A stretch of DNA of 64,000 bases, from IMG/VR virus record IMGVR_UViG_3300042197_004429, positions 1-64,000 of that record. One strand, given 5' to 3'. The notes beneath the pieces are model-generated. The model did no database searches, had not been told where the DNA came from, and worked only from the letters and a program-made list of their open reading frames with translations. The stretch is from a virus. Below are positions 37,105 to 47,191 of the stretch, in pieces. Each line of letters begins with the position of its first letter. Position 1 is the stretch's first letter. A program made the position numbers and the translations under genes.

Positions 37105-39336
37105 ATGTCCTCTAAGAATAAAAATTGGTTAAATTTTGCCAGTCAGTCTATGGCAAAATTGCTAAATGAAGATTTTGATCCTTCTATCTTTTTGGATCAC
37201 TTTAGGAAATGTTCTAAAAATTTAAAAATAGAGTTGGAAAGTTTGTTTGTGCAGGCAATTTTGCTCAAGCCCGACAAACCTTGGCCTTATTTTTTTTTGG
37301 CAGAAATAGCCGATAGTGTAGATGATAAATTATATCTTTATCGTGAATCGCTAAAGGTTAACAAGACAGACTATGCCAAAAAAATGATAGAAGGTCTGTC
37401 TGACTTAAATTTTGTCAATCTGCCAAATAAAATTACAAGTTATGAAAAATTTCCTTTATGTAAAAATGTTTTATATTTTTCTCCAGAGGCACCAGATTTT
37501 GATTGCAGTAGCGGCGGTAATAGACTTTATGAAATTTTAAAAATACTCGCAGATTCTAATTTTAACGTTTATTTTTTGTGCAATAATTCAAAAAACATTA
37601 AACATTTAAATTGTTTAAAAGATTTAAAAATTAATTGTTTTGAAGCAGATTTTTCTAAAAGAATTTTTATTCAAGATTATATCAAACAGTTCGATGAGGA
37701 GGATTTAAATTTTGAAGTTGCTATTTTTTCTTGGTACGATTCGGCTCATCAATACTTTGATTTTGTAAAAGAACAATACCCGGAAATAAAAACAATAATA
37801 GACACGGTTGATGTCCATTGGAAAAGAGAATTTAGAGGATTTGAAAAAGGAATTTTTGAACAAAAACAGGTTATTGAAAGAAAAAATATTGAAATTGAAG
37901 TTTATTCCAAGGCAGATGTTTTATTTGCTGTTACTCAAGAAGATGCTTTAGAATTGAAAAAAGAATTGGGAGAAGACGCCAATGTTAAAATATTATCTAA
38001 TATTCACAAATTAAAAAATAATGAAAAACTTGGGGAAGACATTGTTTTTATAGGTAATTATAATCACACTCCCAATGTTGATGCAGTAATTGATTGTATT
38101 GATATATTCCAACAATTCTCCAATACGGATTTTTATAAAAAACTCTCCAATAAACCCAAACTAAGAATAGCTGGTCCAAACTTAGAATTTAGCATTTTAG
38201 AAAAAGCACAAAATATTGAAAATGTTGTAGTTGAAGGACACGTTCATAATTTAAATGATTTTTATAAAAACACAAAGGTTCTAATGGCTCCTATAAATTG
38301 GGGAGCAGGAATCAAAGGAAAAATTTGTGACTCCTGCATTAGAGGAGTCCCGGTCATCACAACGGATATCGGCAACGAAGGAATAAATTTAGTAAACAAT
38401 GAAAGCGGTTTTATTGCTAATACTAAAGATGAGTTTTTAGAAAGATTAAAAAATGTTTATTCAATGCCTTTAGATCAATTAGAAACAATAGCAAAAAATG
38501 GACAAAATTTGATTGATTCTTTAGTTTCTCCAAATAAAGCCAAAAATATTCTTATTTCTAATTTAATTCCAAAAAATATAGTAATAAGCATTGTTATGTT
38601 TAACAAATTAGATATAATTAAAAATTGCTTAAATTCAATACTAAAAAACACACAATATTCAAATTATACAATAGCTCTAACCGACAACACCCTCAACCCA
38701 GACGTAGAGAATTACGTTTTAGAAGTTCAAAAATTACATAAAGAAAAAATATTATATTTCAAAAATCAATCAAATGAGTATTTTGTAGAATCTAATAACA
38801 AAATACTCAATCACCCAGATTTTGTTTCATCGGACATAGTTTTAGTAAATGATGACATAGAAATTACAAGCGAATGCTGGCTATCGTACCTATACTCCGC
38901 CGCCTACTCAGAATACGATGTTTGTGCCGTGGGAGGCAAGATTCTACATCCTGATAATAAAGTTGCTGAGTGTGGATCTGAGTTAAACAACGAAGGTTTA
39001 GGTGGTCACCACGGTTATGGATTGGACCCAAATATAGATTTTTTAAACAAACGCAGGCATGTGGGGTACTGCTCTGGTTGTTTATTGTATATGAGAAGAG
39101 ATGCCCTAGATCTATTTGGAGTTTTTGATAAAGATTTTGCTCCTATGTATTTTGAAGATAGCGAATGGCAATACCGGTGTCATGTTGGAGGATACAAGAC
39201 AATTTATGAACCAAGGTGTGTGGCAATCCATCATGAAGAAAAACAAGAAAATAAACCCATGAAGAAACACCAAAAGACCAACAGGATTAAATTTTTGGAA
39301 AAATATAAAGATATAGATATAGAAAAATATAATTAA
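37105..39336 (+). CDS. bifunctional glycosyltransferase (GT4-like plus GT2)
   Basis: PDFDCSSGG.RL, IGNYNHTPN.D, GAGIKGKI, GVPVITT.IGNEG; C-terminal VNDD, GCLLYMRR, YFEDSEW. Confidence 0.85.
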   Translation: MSSKNKNWLNFASQSMAKLLNEDFDPSIFLDHFRKCSKNLKIELESLFVQAILLKPDKPWPYFFLAEIADSVDDKLYLYRESLKVNKTDYAKKMIEGLSDLNFVNLPNKITSYEKFPLCKNVLYFSPEAPDFDCSSGGNRLYEILKILADSNFNVYFLCNNSKNIKHLNCLKDLKINCFEADFSKRIFIQDYIKQFDEEDLNFEVAIFSWYDSAHQYFDFVKEQYPEIKTIIDTVDVHWKREFRGFEKGIFEQKQVIERKNIEIEVYSKADVLFAVTQEDALELKKELGEDANVKILSNIHKLKNNEKLGEDIVFIGNYNHTPNVDAVIDCIDIFQQFSNTDFYKKLSNKPKLRIAGPNLEFSILEKAQNIENVVVEGHVHNLNDFYKNTKVLMAPINWGAGIKGKICDSCIRGVPVITTDIGNEGINLVNNESGFIANTKDEFLERLKNVYSMPLDQLETIAKNGQNLIDSLVSPNKAKNILISNLIPKNIVISIVMFNKLDIIKNCLNSILKNTQYSNYTIALTDNTLNPDVENYVLEVQKLHKEKILYFKNQSNEYFVESNNKILNHPDFVSSDIVLVNDDIEITSECWLSYLYSAAYSEYDVCAVGGKILHPDNKVAECGSELNNEGLGGHHGYGLDPNIDFLNKRRHVGYCSGCLLYMRRDALDLFGVFDKDFAPMYFEDSEWQYRCHVGGYKTIYEPRCVAIHHEEKQENKPMKKHQKTNRIKFLEKYKDIDIEKYN

Positions 39337-39337
39337 T

Positions 39338-40618
39338 ATGAAATCTTGTATACTAACGACATTTTATAATCCAACAAAATCAAAGAATAAAATAAAAAAT
39401 TTTTATTCTTTTTATGATTCTTTAAAAAAACAAAAACTTAATGACTTACTTTATGTTTGTGAAATTTCCCATGATGCACAATTTGAAATAAATGGTATTG
39501 ATAACTATCACCAAATAACTAATTCGGATTTTTTGTGGCATAAAGAATCAGCCATCAATTATCTTTTAACTAAAGTAAAAAATGATTTTGATGGTGTGAT
39601 ACTAGCCGATTGCGATATAAAAATAGATAATAACAATTGGTACGATAAAACAAATTTTTTTTTAAATGATTATGTTTGTTTGCAACCTTTTGAAAAAATA
39701 AATTACCTAAATTGGGATAATTCATTTGTGGAGTACACAGATAAATCCTTTTTTAATTTTTTAAGTTCGAGTTATTTCGTTGATCGTGGTAATCCTGGTG
39801 CTTTAATAGCGTATAGAAGGGACTATTTGGATTCTATCGGTGGTTTGTTTTCTAAATGTTTGATTGGGGGCGGAGACACTATCAACATAATTCCATTTTG
39901 TTATGATAAATTTTTTCAATTTAAATTTCTTGATAGAGTTTGCAAAGATATTAGATGTGAAATATTCGATTATTTTGATAAATGTTTATTAGCTATTAAA
40001 AAATTGAATAAAAAAAATTATATTTTTTTAGAAAACATTAACATTTTTCATATGTTTCATGGATTAATTAAACAAAGAAATTATGAAGAAAGATATAAAA
40101 TAATAAATGATTTAAATTTTAATGATTATTTTTTAATAAATAATCAAGGATTTTTTAACATAATTAAAAATTCAAAAAATTTAAATAATCAAATTTTAAA
40201 TTTTTACAAATCTAGAGATGATGACTTTTTTATTGAAAATAATACCCCGGTTATTGTTTCAACTTTAAACAAATTAAAAAAAGAACAAGAAGGATCCTGG
40301 CTGTGTGGTTGTGATAATTTTTATTTGTCTAATATTAAAAAAATAAAAATTAGTTTAAATAAATGTCATTTAAACTTAAATTATTTTGAAGTTTATTTAA
40401 ATAATCAAAAATTTCCTTTTGATTTTAAAAATCAAAAGGAAATAGAATTAGAATTTGAAGATCCCAAAACCATACAAATAAAATCTGATGGGTATGTTCC
40501 ATTTACAATAAAAGAAAGTGAAGATATAAGAAATCTTTCCTTTCTTATAAAAGATATAAAAATACAAACCAAGAACGACAACAGATACATAGATTATCCA
40601 TTAGAAGAAATTTTTTAA
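39338..40618 (+). CDS. glycosyltransferase-like protein
   Basis: FLWHKESAIN, LADCD (DxD), LQPF, GGGD. Confidence 0.6.
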   Translation: MKSCILTTFYNPTKSKNKIKNFYSFYDSLKKQKLNDLLYVCEISHDAQFEINGIDNYHQITNSDFLWHKESAINYLLTKVKNDFDGVILADCDIKIDNNNWYDKTNFFLNDYVCLQPFEKINYLNWDNSFVEYTDKSFFNFLSSSYFVDRGNPGALIAYRRDYLDSIGGLFSKCLIGGGDTINIIPFCYDKFFQFKFLDRVCKDIRCEIFDYFDKCLLAIKKLNKKNYIFLENINIFHMFHGLIKQRNYEERYKIINDLNFNDYFLINNQGFFNIIKNSKNLNNQILNFYKSRDDDFFIENNTPVIVSTLNKLKKEQEGSWLCGCDNFYLSNIKKIKISLNKCHLNLNYFEVYLNNQKFPFDFKNQKEIELEFEDPKTIQIKSDGYVPFTIKESEDIRNLSFLIKDIKIQTKNDNRYIDYPLEEIF

Positions 40619-40620
40619 AA

Positions 40621-41928
40621 ATGATTGGCAAATTAATATACGAAGCTGAGAAATTCTTAGACTCAACAGAAACTGGACCTGAGTTGGTTGAAAAATACGC
40701 TCGTACTATATGCACGGACTTGTTGTTTTTAAACGAACAATTAGTTTTACCTATTATTGAAAAAATGAAGCAAAACACTGTAGATTTTGCTAAAAAATAT
40801 AGCGGAATTTATAGAAATTTTAATGGCGATAAAATTTATACAAGAAATGAATTACAATTTAAAAAAAATTGGTTAATAGCAAAATACAATAATCAAGTTG
40901 AAAATTTCCAAACTAGCGGTAGCACAACGGGTCAAAGTTTTTCTTATTATGTTTGGAAAAATTATATTGATTTTATAGAAGATAAAAATCAATATGGAAT
41001 GATTTTAGATGAATATGATATTGATAGATCAACAAATACTAAGTTGAATATTTTGATTTTAAGCAGTCTTCCTTATAATCCTAAATTTGAAGGTTTTTAT
41101 CTTCAAGACGATCAAGGTTACCCTTATGCCATGCACTCACACAAATCTTTGAAATCTAATAGATTTTTTGTAAACTTTGATAGTTACACAAGCAAACCGA
41201 TTGATTGGCATAATAATTTATTTAAATTGATAGAATCTTTTAATTTTGATGTTATTTTAACAAATTCAGCAGTTCTCCATACTTTGGTTTATTATTGTAA
41301 AAAATTAAATTTCAACAAAAAATTATGCAGACTGATCAGCCATACGGGACAATTTTTAATAAGTGAAGATAAAAGTTTTTTGTTAGAAAACAAATATTTA
41401 GATTACTTTTGTGATCACATGAGGTGTTGGGATGGTGGGGCAACTTTCTTTGCTTGCAAATATGGAACTTATCATTTGATGGATAATCTTAGTTTTGTAG
41501 AAGAAGTTGATAATAAAATGACCTCGACAGATTATTTTTCATTACCTAGTCCTTTTATTAATTATTGGAATGGGGATTTGTGTTCTGTTGAAAAAAAATA
41601 CGATAGGTGCGAGTGCGGCAGACTGTTTAGAAAATTTAATATGATTGACAATAGACCATTTAATATCAAGGGACCAGATAAACTAAACGATATCAAAAAT
41701 AAAATTATAAATTTAGATTTTTCAAGCGATATTGATCAAATTGTTTTTGATGGTAAGAATGTCTTGGTTTATATCAAAAATAATTTAGATGATAGTCAAA
41801 TTAATCAATTAAAAAATATTCTAATCAATTTTAATATCGTTATACACAACAATTATTCGGTCAACAGCCCCCATCCAACCAATATAGCCAACCACCTCGA
41901 ACCTCCCCATCACAACCGCAACCCTTAG
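40621..41928 (+). CDS. adenylate-forming PaaK/CapK-like ligase
   Basis: TSGSTTG, DHMRCWDGG, TDYFSLPSPFINYWNGD, CECGR. Confidence 0.7.
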   Translation: MIGKLIYEAEKFLDSTETGPELVEKYARTICTDLLFLNEQLVLPIIEKMKQNTVDFAKKYSGIYRNFNGDKIYTRNELQFKKNWLIAKYNNQVENFQTSGSTTGQSFSYYVWKNYIDFIEDKNQYGMILDEYDIDRSTNTKLNILILSSLPYNPKFEGFYLQDDQGYPYAMHSHKSLKSNRFFVNFDSYTSKPIDWHNNLFKLIESFNFDVILTNSAVLHTLVYYCKKLNFNKKLCRLISHTGQFLISEDKSFLLENKYLDYFCDHMRCWDGGATFFACKYGTYHLMDNLSFVEEVDNKMTSTDYFSLPSPFINYWNGDLCSVEKKYDRCECGRLFRKFNMIDNRPFNIKGPDKLNDIKNKIINLDFSSDIDQIVFDGKNVLVYIKNNLDDSQINQLKNILINFNIVIHNNYSVNSPHPTNIANHLEPPHHNRNP

Positions 41929-42136
41929 TCTCCTCTAAATTTCCACCCCCGCAAGCACCGTGATCTAAATTAACTTGTCCATTCACACAAGGCGCTGTTC
42001 CGCATAAAAAATACTCGGGACTTCCCCCTATTAGCTGACCGTCGTTACGCACGTGCGACGCACACGCCCAAACACGAACTCGATACATTATCCTCACGGT
42101 ACAGTCTTCTTTTCTTAAAGTACTAAAAACAACCAT
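41861..42136 (-). CDS. small Cys/Gly-rich protein
   Basis: GAGG SD and TAAATA upstream; locally GC-rich; 8 Cys. Confidence 0.5.
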   Translation of the reverse strand: MVVFSTLRKEDCTVRIMYRVRVWACASHVRNDGQLIGGSPEYFLCGTAPCVNGQVNLDHGACGGGNLEETKGCGCDGEVRGGWLYWLDGGC

Positions 42137-43197
42137 TATGCCTCTTTATTTAATAATAATTTAGATTTATTTAAATCTTTTCCATTATCATAGTATTCTT
42201 TTAATCGAAATATTTGATCTAAATTATAGCCATTTGTTTCTTTGATCCAATCCTCGGGCAATATTTTTTTTCTTATTTCAATGCTGGGATTGTCAAAATG
42301 TCTTGTGAATTTAAAACGACTTGGTCGATTTTTAAGTGCATCATCTACTTTGTTTATGTCATTCACCGTCATGATAAAAACAACATTTTCATATGTGTTG
42401 TACACACCATCTAACCCGTTTAGTATAATATCAAATGTAAACTTTATTTGTTTGTTTTCTCCTCCTCCAAGTATACATTTTCGTCCATCAAAATAATTAT
42501 CAAAATCTTCAAATAAAACTATGCATTTTTTTGGAATTTGCGAAAACAATAAAAGTAGATCGTGATTTGTCCAATCAGGATTTAGTGTGAATATCATGAT
42601 CGGCAACCGGTATGTGGTTGCAAGATACTTTACCAAAGAAGTTTTACCGTTTCCTGGAGTTCCATATAAAAGTGCCGATGTTTTTTTTCTATCCCCAGCA
42701 ACGACCTCTATAACCTCTTTTTCAAAATCTTTCCAGAGGAACTCGTCTACTATTGGCGGTGGCGGTGTTTCTTTTAAAGATCCTATTTTGTCAACGCCGT
42801 ATGGCATCATCAACTCAACTGGGACACCAAAGTTGGTTAATTGTAGTTGTTTTAGATTTTCTTTTAGGAATTTTTTAATATTTTTATATTGCCATCGTAG
42901 GCAATATATCGTTGTTATATAATCCTTGCTACTGAAACCAGCCTGCATCAATCGTTCGTTGTGGTATATGTAAAACCAAGGAATTCCTCGAAAAAAACAA
43001 AAAGAAGAGTATTCGATTGGGTGCCGCTCCTCAGAAACAAATTCTTCGCTTAAAACAATTTGTCTTTGGTTTTTAAATAAATCAAATAAAGTCTTGAATG
43101 TGTTTTCTTCAATTCTTATTTCTATCAATATTAAATATTTAAAAACAGCCCAAGCCCCAAACCCCGATGCAATTATTGCTATAATGTTTGATAACAT
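42136..43197 (-). CDS. membrane-anchored AAA+ ATPase (BCS1-like)
   Basis: N-terminal TM, GTPGNGKT, VLFEDFD, LNGLDG, RPSRF. Confidence 0.85.
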   Translation of the reverse strand: MLSNIIAIIASGFGAWAVFKYLILIEIRIEENTFKTLFDLFKNQRQIVLSEEFVSEERHPIEYSSFCFFRGIPWFYIYHNERLMQAGFSSKDYITTIYCLRWQYKNIKKFLKENLKQLQLTNFGVPVELMMPYGVDKIGSLKETPPPPIVDEFLWKDFEKEVIEVVAGDRKKTSALLYGTPGNGKTSLVKYLATTYRLPIMIFTLNPDWTNHDLLLLFSQIPKKCIVLFEDFDNYFDGRKCILGGGENKQIKFTFDIILNGLDGVYNTYENVVFIMTVNDINKVDDALKNRPSRFKFTRHFDNPSIEIRKKILPEDWIKETNGYNLDQIFRLKEYYDNGKDLNKSKLLLNKEA

Positions 43198-43232
43198 TAT
43201 ATTATGTTAGCAAAATTTTAATTTTTTGTAAA

Positions 43233-43898
43233 CTACTTCCAACTTATTGGCTTACTACTTTTTTTACGTTTTGTTCCTTTTTTATTGCAAGCAGAAAGAG
43301 TTGGTCTACATGCCGGATAACTTCTTTCGGCTCCTTTGCCCGCCGTTTTTCTGCCACAGGGAACCAAATGACCTTTGCGGCTTTTCTTACAATCGACCCA
43401 GCCCTTTCCATTATTTCTATCAAACCACCCTTTGAGTCCACGTTCTTTTTCTAAATCGAATGTTCCTTCTTTATAAGAATTTTTTTTAAAATCTTCGGGC
43501 AAGGTGTGACCCAAAGCGACAGATTTTATTCTTGCGGCAAACAAAGATGGACTAACGCCTTCGGGTATTCTTTTGCCTATTGAATTTAATGCTTCTAAAA
43601 TTTCTTGCGAAGACATATTTGCCGCATCGATTCCCTTATACAAAAGAGCCATCGCTGTGCTTATTGCATCGCTGTATTGCTGTGGGCTTGCTAGGGTTTC
43701 ATCAATTTGAAATCCCTCTTCTTGCATGTGTTTTTTCTTTTTTTTCTTCGATTTGCCCCAATTTTTAGCACCAACTTTGCGGCATTTCACCAATGCCCCC
43801 GAACCGTAGGCACTAGGCCAGACCCGATACCTGCTTTTTACCTTGTGGTAACAAGCATCTTTTGCTTCATCTAATTGTAGCCACTCCTTAAATTTCAT
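43233..43898 (-). CDS. phage hypothetical protein (putative internal head protein)
   Basis: MKFKEWLQLDE start at the ATGA overlap; DACYHKVKSRY.VWPSAY and GL..WF...WVDC...PACRP modules. Confidence 0.75.
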   Translation of the reverse strand: MKFKEWLQLDEAKDACYHKVKSRYRVWPSAYGSGALVKCRKVGAKNWGKSKKKKKKHMQEEGFQIDETLASPQQYSDAISTAMALLYKGIDAANMSSQEILEALNSIGKRIPEGVSPSLFAARIKSVALGHTLPEDFKKNSYKEGTFDLEKERGLKGWFDRNNGKGWVDCKKSRKGHLVPCGRKTAGKGAERSYPACRPTLSACNKKGTKRKKSSKPISWK

Positions 43899-44113
43899 CC
43901 GAACATCCAATGCCAAAACATTAGCGTAAAAATTATTGTTCCTATAACCATGAGTGCTGACCCGCCAAAAAACCAAATTGCTAAAAAACTCAAAGCGATC
44001 ACAGTAAAAGGTTTTTGTTCTTTTGCTTTGCGAGTTAGATAAAAGTATCTTCCCAAGCAACCTAAGCCTAACAAACTTACCGCAATAGCGGTGATTAATA
44101 AATAGTTTTCCAT
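43895..44113 (-). CDS. small two-TM membrane protein
   Basis: Two hydrophobic helices, GAGG SD. Confidence 0.65.
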   Translation of the reverse strand: MENYLLITAIAVSLLGLGCLGRYFYLTRKAKEQKPFTVIALSFLAIWFFGGSALMVIGTIIFTLMFWHWMFG

Positions 44114-44120
44114 AAATCCT

Positions 44121-44384
44121 CTAGTGTTTTGTTACCTTAACCACCAAGTCTCCCGTTCCTTTGATTATTCGATGCCATTCATTTGCTTTTATGTGTATTT
44201 GTCCCTTTATTTCTTCGGGCAACTGATTGTCTCTTTGAAACAACCAGTTCGTTTTTGATAAAGGAACAACGGTTCTATCTTCTTTGTCTTTGTGCCATTT
44301 TAATTCGTGAGACTCAGTTTCCTCAGAAAATGTTCTTACAAATTCTTTTTTTGATATTTTTTTTTCTTGAAATGGCATTTTCAT
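44121..44384 (-). CDS. phage hypothetical protein (cupin-like)
   Basis: ELKWH.D.EDR...WLFQ.DN.LP...WHRIIKG. Confidence 0.7.
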   Translation of the reverse strand: MKMPFQEKKISKKEFVRTFSEETESHELKWHKDKEDRTVVPLSKTNWLFQRDNQLPEEIKGQIHIKANEWHRIIKGTGDLVVKVTKH

Positions 44385-44540
44385 ATTAATATATATATTG
44401 ATTGGTTCATTTTCGCTGCCTTTTAATTTGTAAATCGAAGAAGAATGGTGTCAGAATTTAAGAGGTTGCGTAAGTCAATGACTATTTGGTTTTCACCATT
44501 TCTCAAATACGAGATAACGAAATGAGCCGTATATACAATT

Positions 44541-45026
44541 ATGCAAACTTTTGAAGAATGGCTAATTACTAATCACCCAGAGTCGCTAGACGAAAACTGG
44601 CGTCAAACTATGGGTGCTTTAGCACTTGCTGGAGCATCTTTTTTGCCCGGAGCAAATGCCCAAGCGGCACCACCAACTGCCCCTAGAGTTGCGGCAACAC
44701 AGTCAGTGTCTCAAAATCAACAAGCAAGATTAGACGCCACGAAAAGAGTCTCCAGCGTTCATAGGTTTAAAAAGAATTGGGGTTCTAAATTTGGTCCACA
44801 ACAAGACCAAAAACTATTCGACACCATCATGAGACTACAAACAGAAAAAGATCACGATGACGTTTTAGCCAAAATAACCAAAGACCAACAAGATTTGATG
44901 CGTGGCACGGCACACCCAGATCCAAGTGTTCAACAATCAGAGGTAAGACAGATTTACAATTCTTTCGATTATCAATACATGGATTATATCAAAGCACTCA
45001 CAACAGCAAGTAAAAATAATCTTTGA
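44541..45026 (+). CDS. protein with a capsid-targeting-like leader followed by a signal-peptide-like segment
   Basis: MQTFEEWL...LDE then NWRQTMGALALAGASFLPGANAQA. Confidence 0.7.
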   Translation: MQTFEEWLITNHPESLDENWRQTMGALALAGASFLPGANAQAAPPTAPRVAATQSVSQNQQARLDATKRVSSVHRFKKNWGSKFGPQQDQKLFDTIMRLQTEKDHDDVLAKITKDQQDLMRGTAHPDPSVQQSEVRQIYNSFDYQYMDYIKALTTASKNNL

Positions 45027-45028
45027 AT

Positions 45029-45670
45029 TTACCAAGGGCGACTACTCTTAAGACCTAAAGATTTGGCATATCTCGCCACGTTGCACGACCAGTATCCTGG
45101 TGTGGTGCGATCTTTCTTTTCGTGACACTTGTGTCTTGCTCTAAAACTCTTCGCACGAGCGGGGCTATCATTTTTAATACTCAGTCCTGATGCTTTTGAA
45201 TCTCCAAATCGAACCATTTTAATTCTGCCACTAGGTGTTTTTACATAAACTTTAAACTTCTTTGGTCCACCGGGAGTTCTCATTGGTTTATTTAAAGGTG
45301 GGTTCTTCTTTTTGGGCTTTTTGGATTCATTTATATTTCTTGATTTGTCTAAAAATGGAGCATCTAAATAGATTGTTTTCCCATTATGTTCCATCGCCTC
45401 CCCAATGTCTGTTTCCAACAGATCTGCGTCTTGATCGTTGACTTCTATTAAATTTTTATTATAAAGTTCTCTAGTTTCATTGATTAGATCAAAATATGCT
45501 TTGCTATAAATTCGAAATACGTTTTCGCACAATGACAAATTGTTGTCTAAGTGATATTTTAAACCCTCGCTGACCTCCACATCGGCAACTAATCTCATTG
45601 GTGAAATTATTTTTTGTTCTTTTAATTTTACGAAGTTTGCAAAAGAATAATCTTTATTTGAATTTGTCAT
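45029..45670 (-). CDS. phage hypothetical protein (putative internal head protein)
   Basis: LNKP.RTPGGPKKFKVYV...FGD...RAKSFRARHKC...GYWSC. Confidence 0.75.
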   Translation of the reverse strand: MTNSNKDYSFANFVKLKEQKIISPMRLVADVEVSEGLKYHLDNNLSLCENVFRIYSKAYFDLINETRELYNKNLIEVNDQDADLLETDIGEAMEHNGKTIYLDAPFLDKSRNINESKKPKKKNPPLNKPMRTPGGPKKFKVYVKTPSGRIKMVRFGDSKASGLSIKNDSPARAKSFRARHKCHEKKDRTTPGYWSCNVARYAKSLGLKSSRPW

Positions 45671-45757
45671 GGTTATCCCAAATTTGTTTGGTTGTTGTTT
45701 TTTAACCTAAAAAAAGTTAAAATAGTTTTTGTTATTAATTTATTTATGCTGGCAAAA

Positions 45758-46660
45758 ATGAAAATACTTGTGACGGGAAGTTCGGGGTTGGTTGGAAGTG
45801 CATTTAAAAAAATTCGAAATGATTATGATTATGATTTCGTCTTTTTTTCTAGAAAAAATTGCGATCTTCTTCAATTTGATGATTCTTTAGAAAAAATTTC
45901 ACAACAGAAACCCGATTGCGTTATACATTTGGCGGCGGACGTTGGTGGTTTGTATAAAAATATTCAAAATAACGTTTCTATATTTGAAAACAATATTCTA
46001 ATGAATACAAATATAGTTCGTATATGTTATATTCTTAAATTAAAATTTATAGGATGTTTGTCAACGTGCGTTTTCCCAGACAGTGTTGATTACCCCATAA
46101 TGGAAGATTTTTTATTTGATGGTCCTCCTCATCATTCTAATTATGGCTATTCTTATGCCAAAAGAATGCTAGAAGTTCATTGCAGGTCTTACAGAGAGAG
46201 TTATGGTTGTGATTTTCGTTGTTTTATACCAACAAACATGTATGGCCCAAATGATAATTTTAATTTAGAACAAGCCCATGTCATACCGTCTCTCATTCAT
46301 CGTTGTTTTGTTGCCAAAAAAAATAATCAAAAATTTGTTGTTTTTGGAACGGGCAAACCATTAAGGCAATTTATGCATGCTGAGGATTTTGCTAGAATTG
46401 TGCTAAATGAGTTTAACAATGATAATAAAAATCCTAGAATAGTTTGTCCAAAAACAGAGAATAGCATTGGAGAAATTGCTTATTTGGTGGCCAATAATTT
46501 TGATTATAAAGATCAAATTATTTTTGATTCTACTAAATCGGATGGACAATTTAAAAAAACGGCTTTTTGTGATATAAATTATAATTTTAAAAAAATAGAA
46601 GACGGAATAAAAGAAACAGTGGATTGGTTTAATAAAAATTACCTAAATGCTCGAAAATAA
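45758..46660 (+). CDS. fcl: GDP-L-fucose synthase
   Basis: ILVTGSSGLVG, HLAADVGG, LSTCVFP, YSYAKR, PTNMYGPNDNF, HVIP.LI, GTGKPLRQF. Confidence 0.92.
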   Translation: MKILVTGSSGLVGSAFKKIRNDYDYDFVFFSRKNCDLLQFDDSLEKISQQKPDCVIHLAADVGGLYKNIQNNVSIFENNILMNTNIVRICYILKLKFIGCLSTCVFPDSVDYPIMEDFLFDGPPHHSNYGYSYAKRMLEVHCRSYRESYGCDFRCFIPTNMYGPNDNFNLEQAHVIPSLIHRCFVAKKNNQKFVVFGTGKPLRQFMHAEDFARIVLNEFNNDNKNPRIVCPKTENSIGEIAYLVANNFDYKDQIIFDSTKSDGQFKKTAFCDINYNFKKIEDGIKETVDWFNKNYLNARK

Positions 46661-46663
46661 AAT

Positions 46664-47191
46664 ATGAAAAAAATATTGATTAAAGAAATCAAAGATGCCT
46701 TCATTTTGGAAATAGAAAAACACGAAGATCATCGTGGGTTCTTCCAAGAAACTTTCTCTGTGTACAAATACATCACAGAATGTTGGCGACCAGCACAAAT
46801 AAACATAAGTTGTTCCAAAAAGCACGTTGTAAGAGGACTACACGTTGCTCCTTTTAGTAAACTTTGCACTTGTATTCGTGGAAAATTATTTGATGTTGTT
46901 GCAGATTGCAGAAAAAATTCTGATACTTTTGGTAATTGGTTTGGCATTTGGTTAGAAGAAAATTCAAATAAACAAGTTTATGTGCCAGCCGGATGCGCTC
47001 ATGGTTTTTACTCAGCACAAGATGACACAATCTTGTTATATCAACAAGATTTTCCATATACTCCAAGTATTGAAAAACAAATAAACTGGAAAGATTCTTT
47101 TTTTTCGATTCAATGGCCACACGCAGAAGAATACATCCTGTCTGAAAAAGACGCTAACGCTAGGAATTTTGATGATTTTGAGAAAAATTAA
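46664..47191 (+). CDS. rmlC: dTDP-4-dehydrorhamnose 3,5-epimerase
   Basis: DHRGFFQE, Q.N.S.S...V.RGLH, DCR.NS.TFG.W, VPAGCAHGF, LSEKD. Confidence 0.92.
   Translation: MKKILIKEIKDAFILEIEKHEDHRGFFQETFSVYKYITECWRPAQINISCSKKHVVRGLHVAPFSKLCTCIRGKLFDVVADCRKNSDTFGNWFGIWLEENSNKQVYVPAGCAHGFYSAQDDTILLYQQDFPYTPSIEKQINWKDSFFSIQWPHAEEYILSEKDANARNFDDFEKN

Noticed and set aside
44440-44510. Possible structured RNA (AATGGTG/CACCATT stem) between divergent genes
   Set aside because: A single modest stem without supporting repeats or covariation
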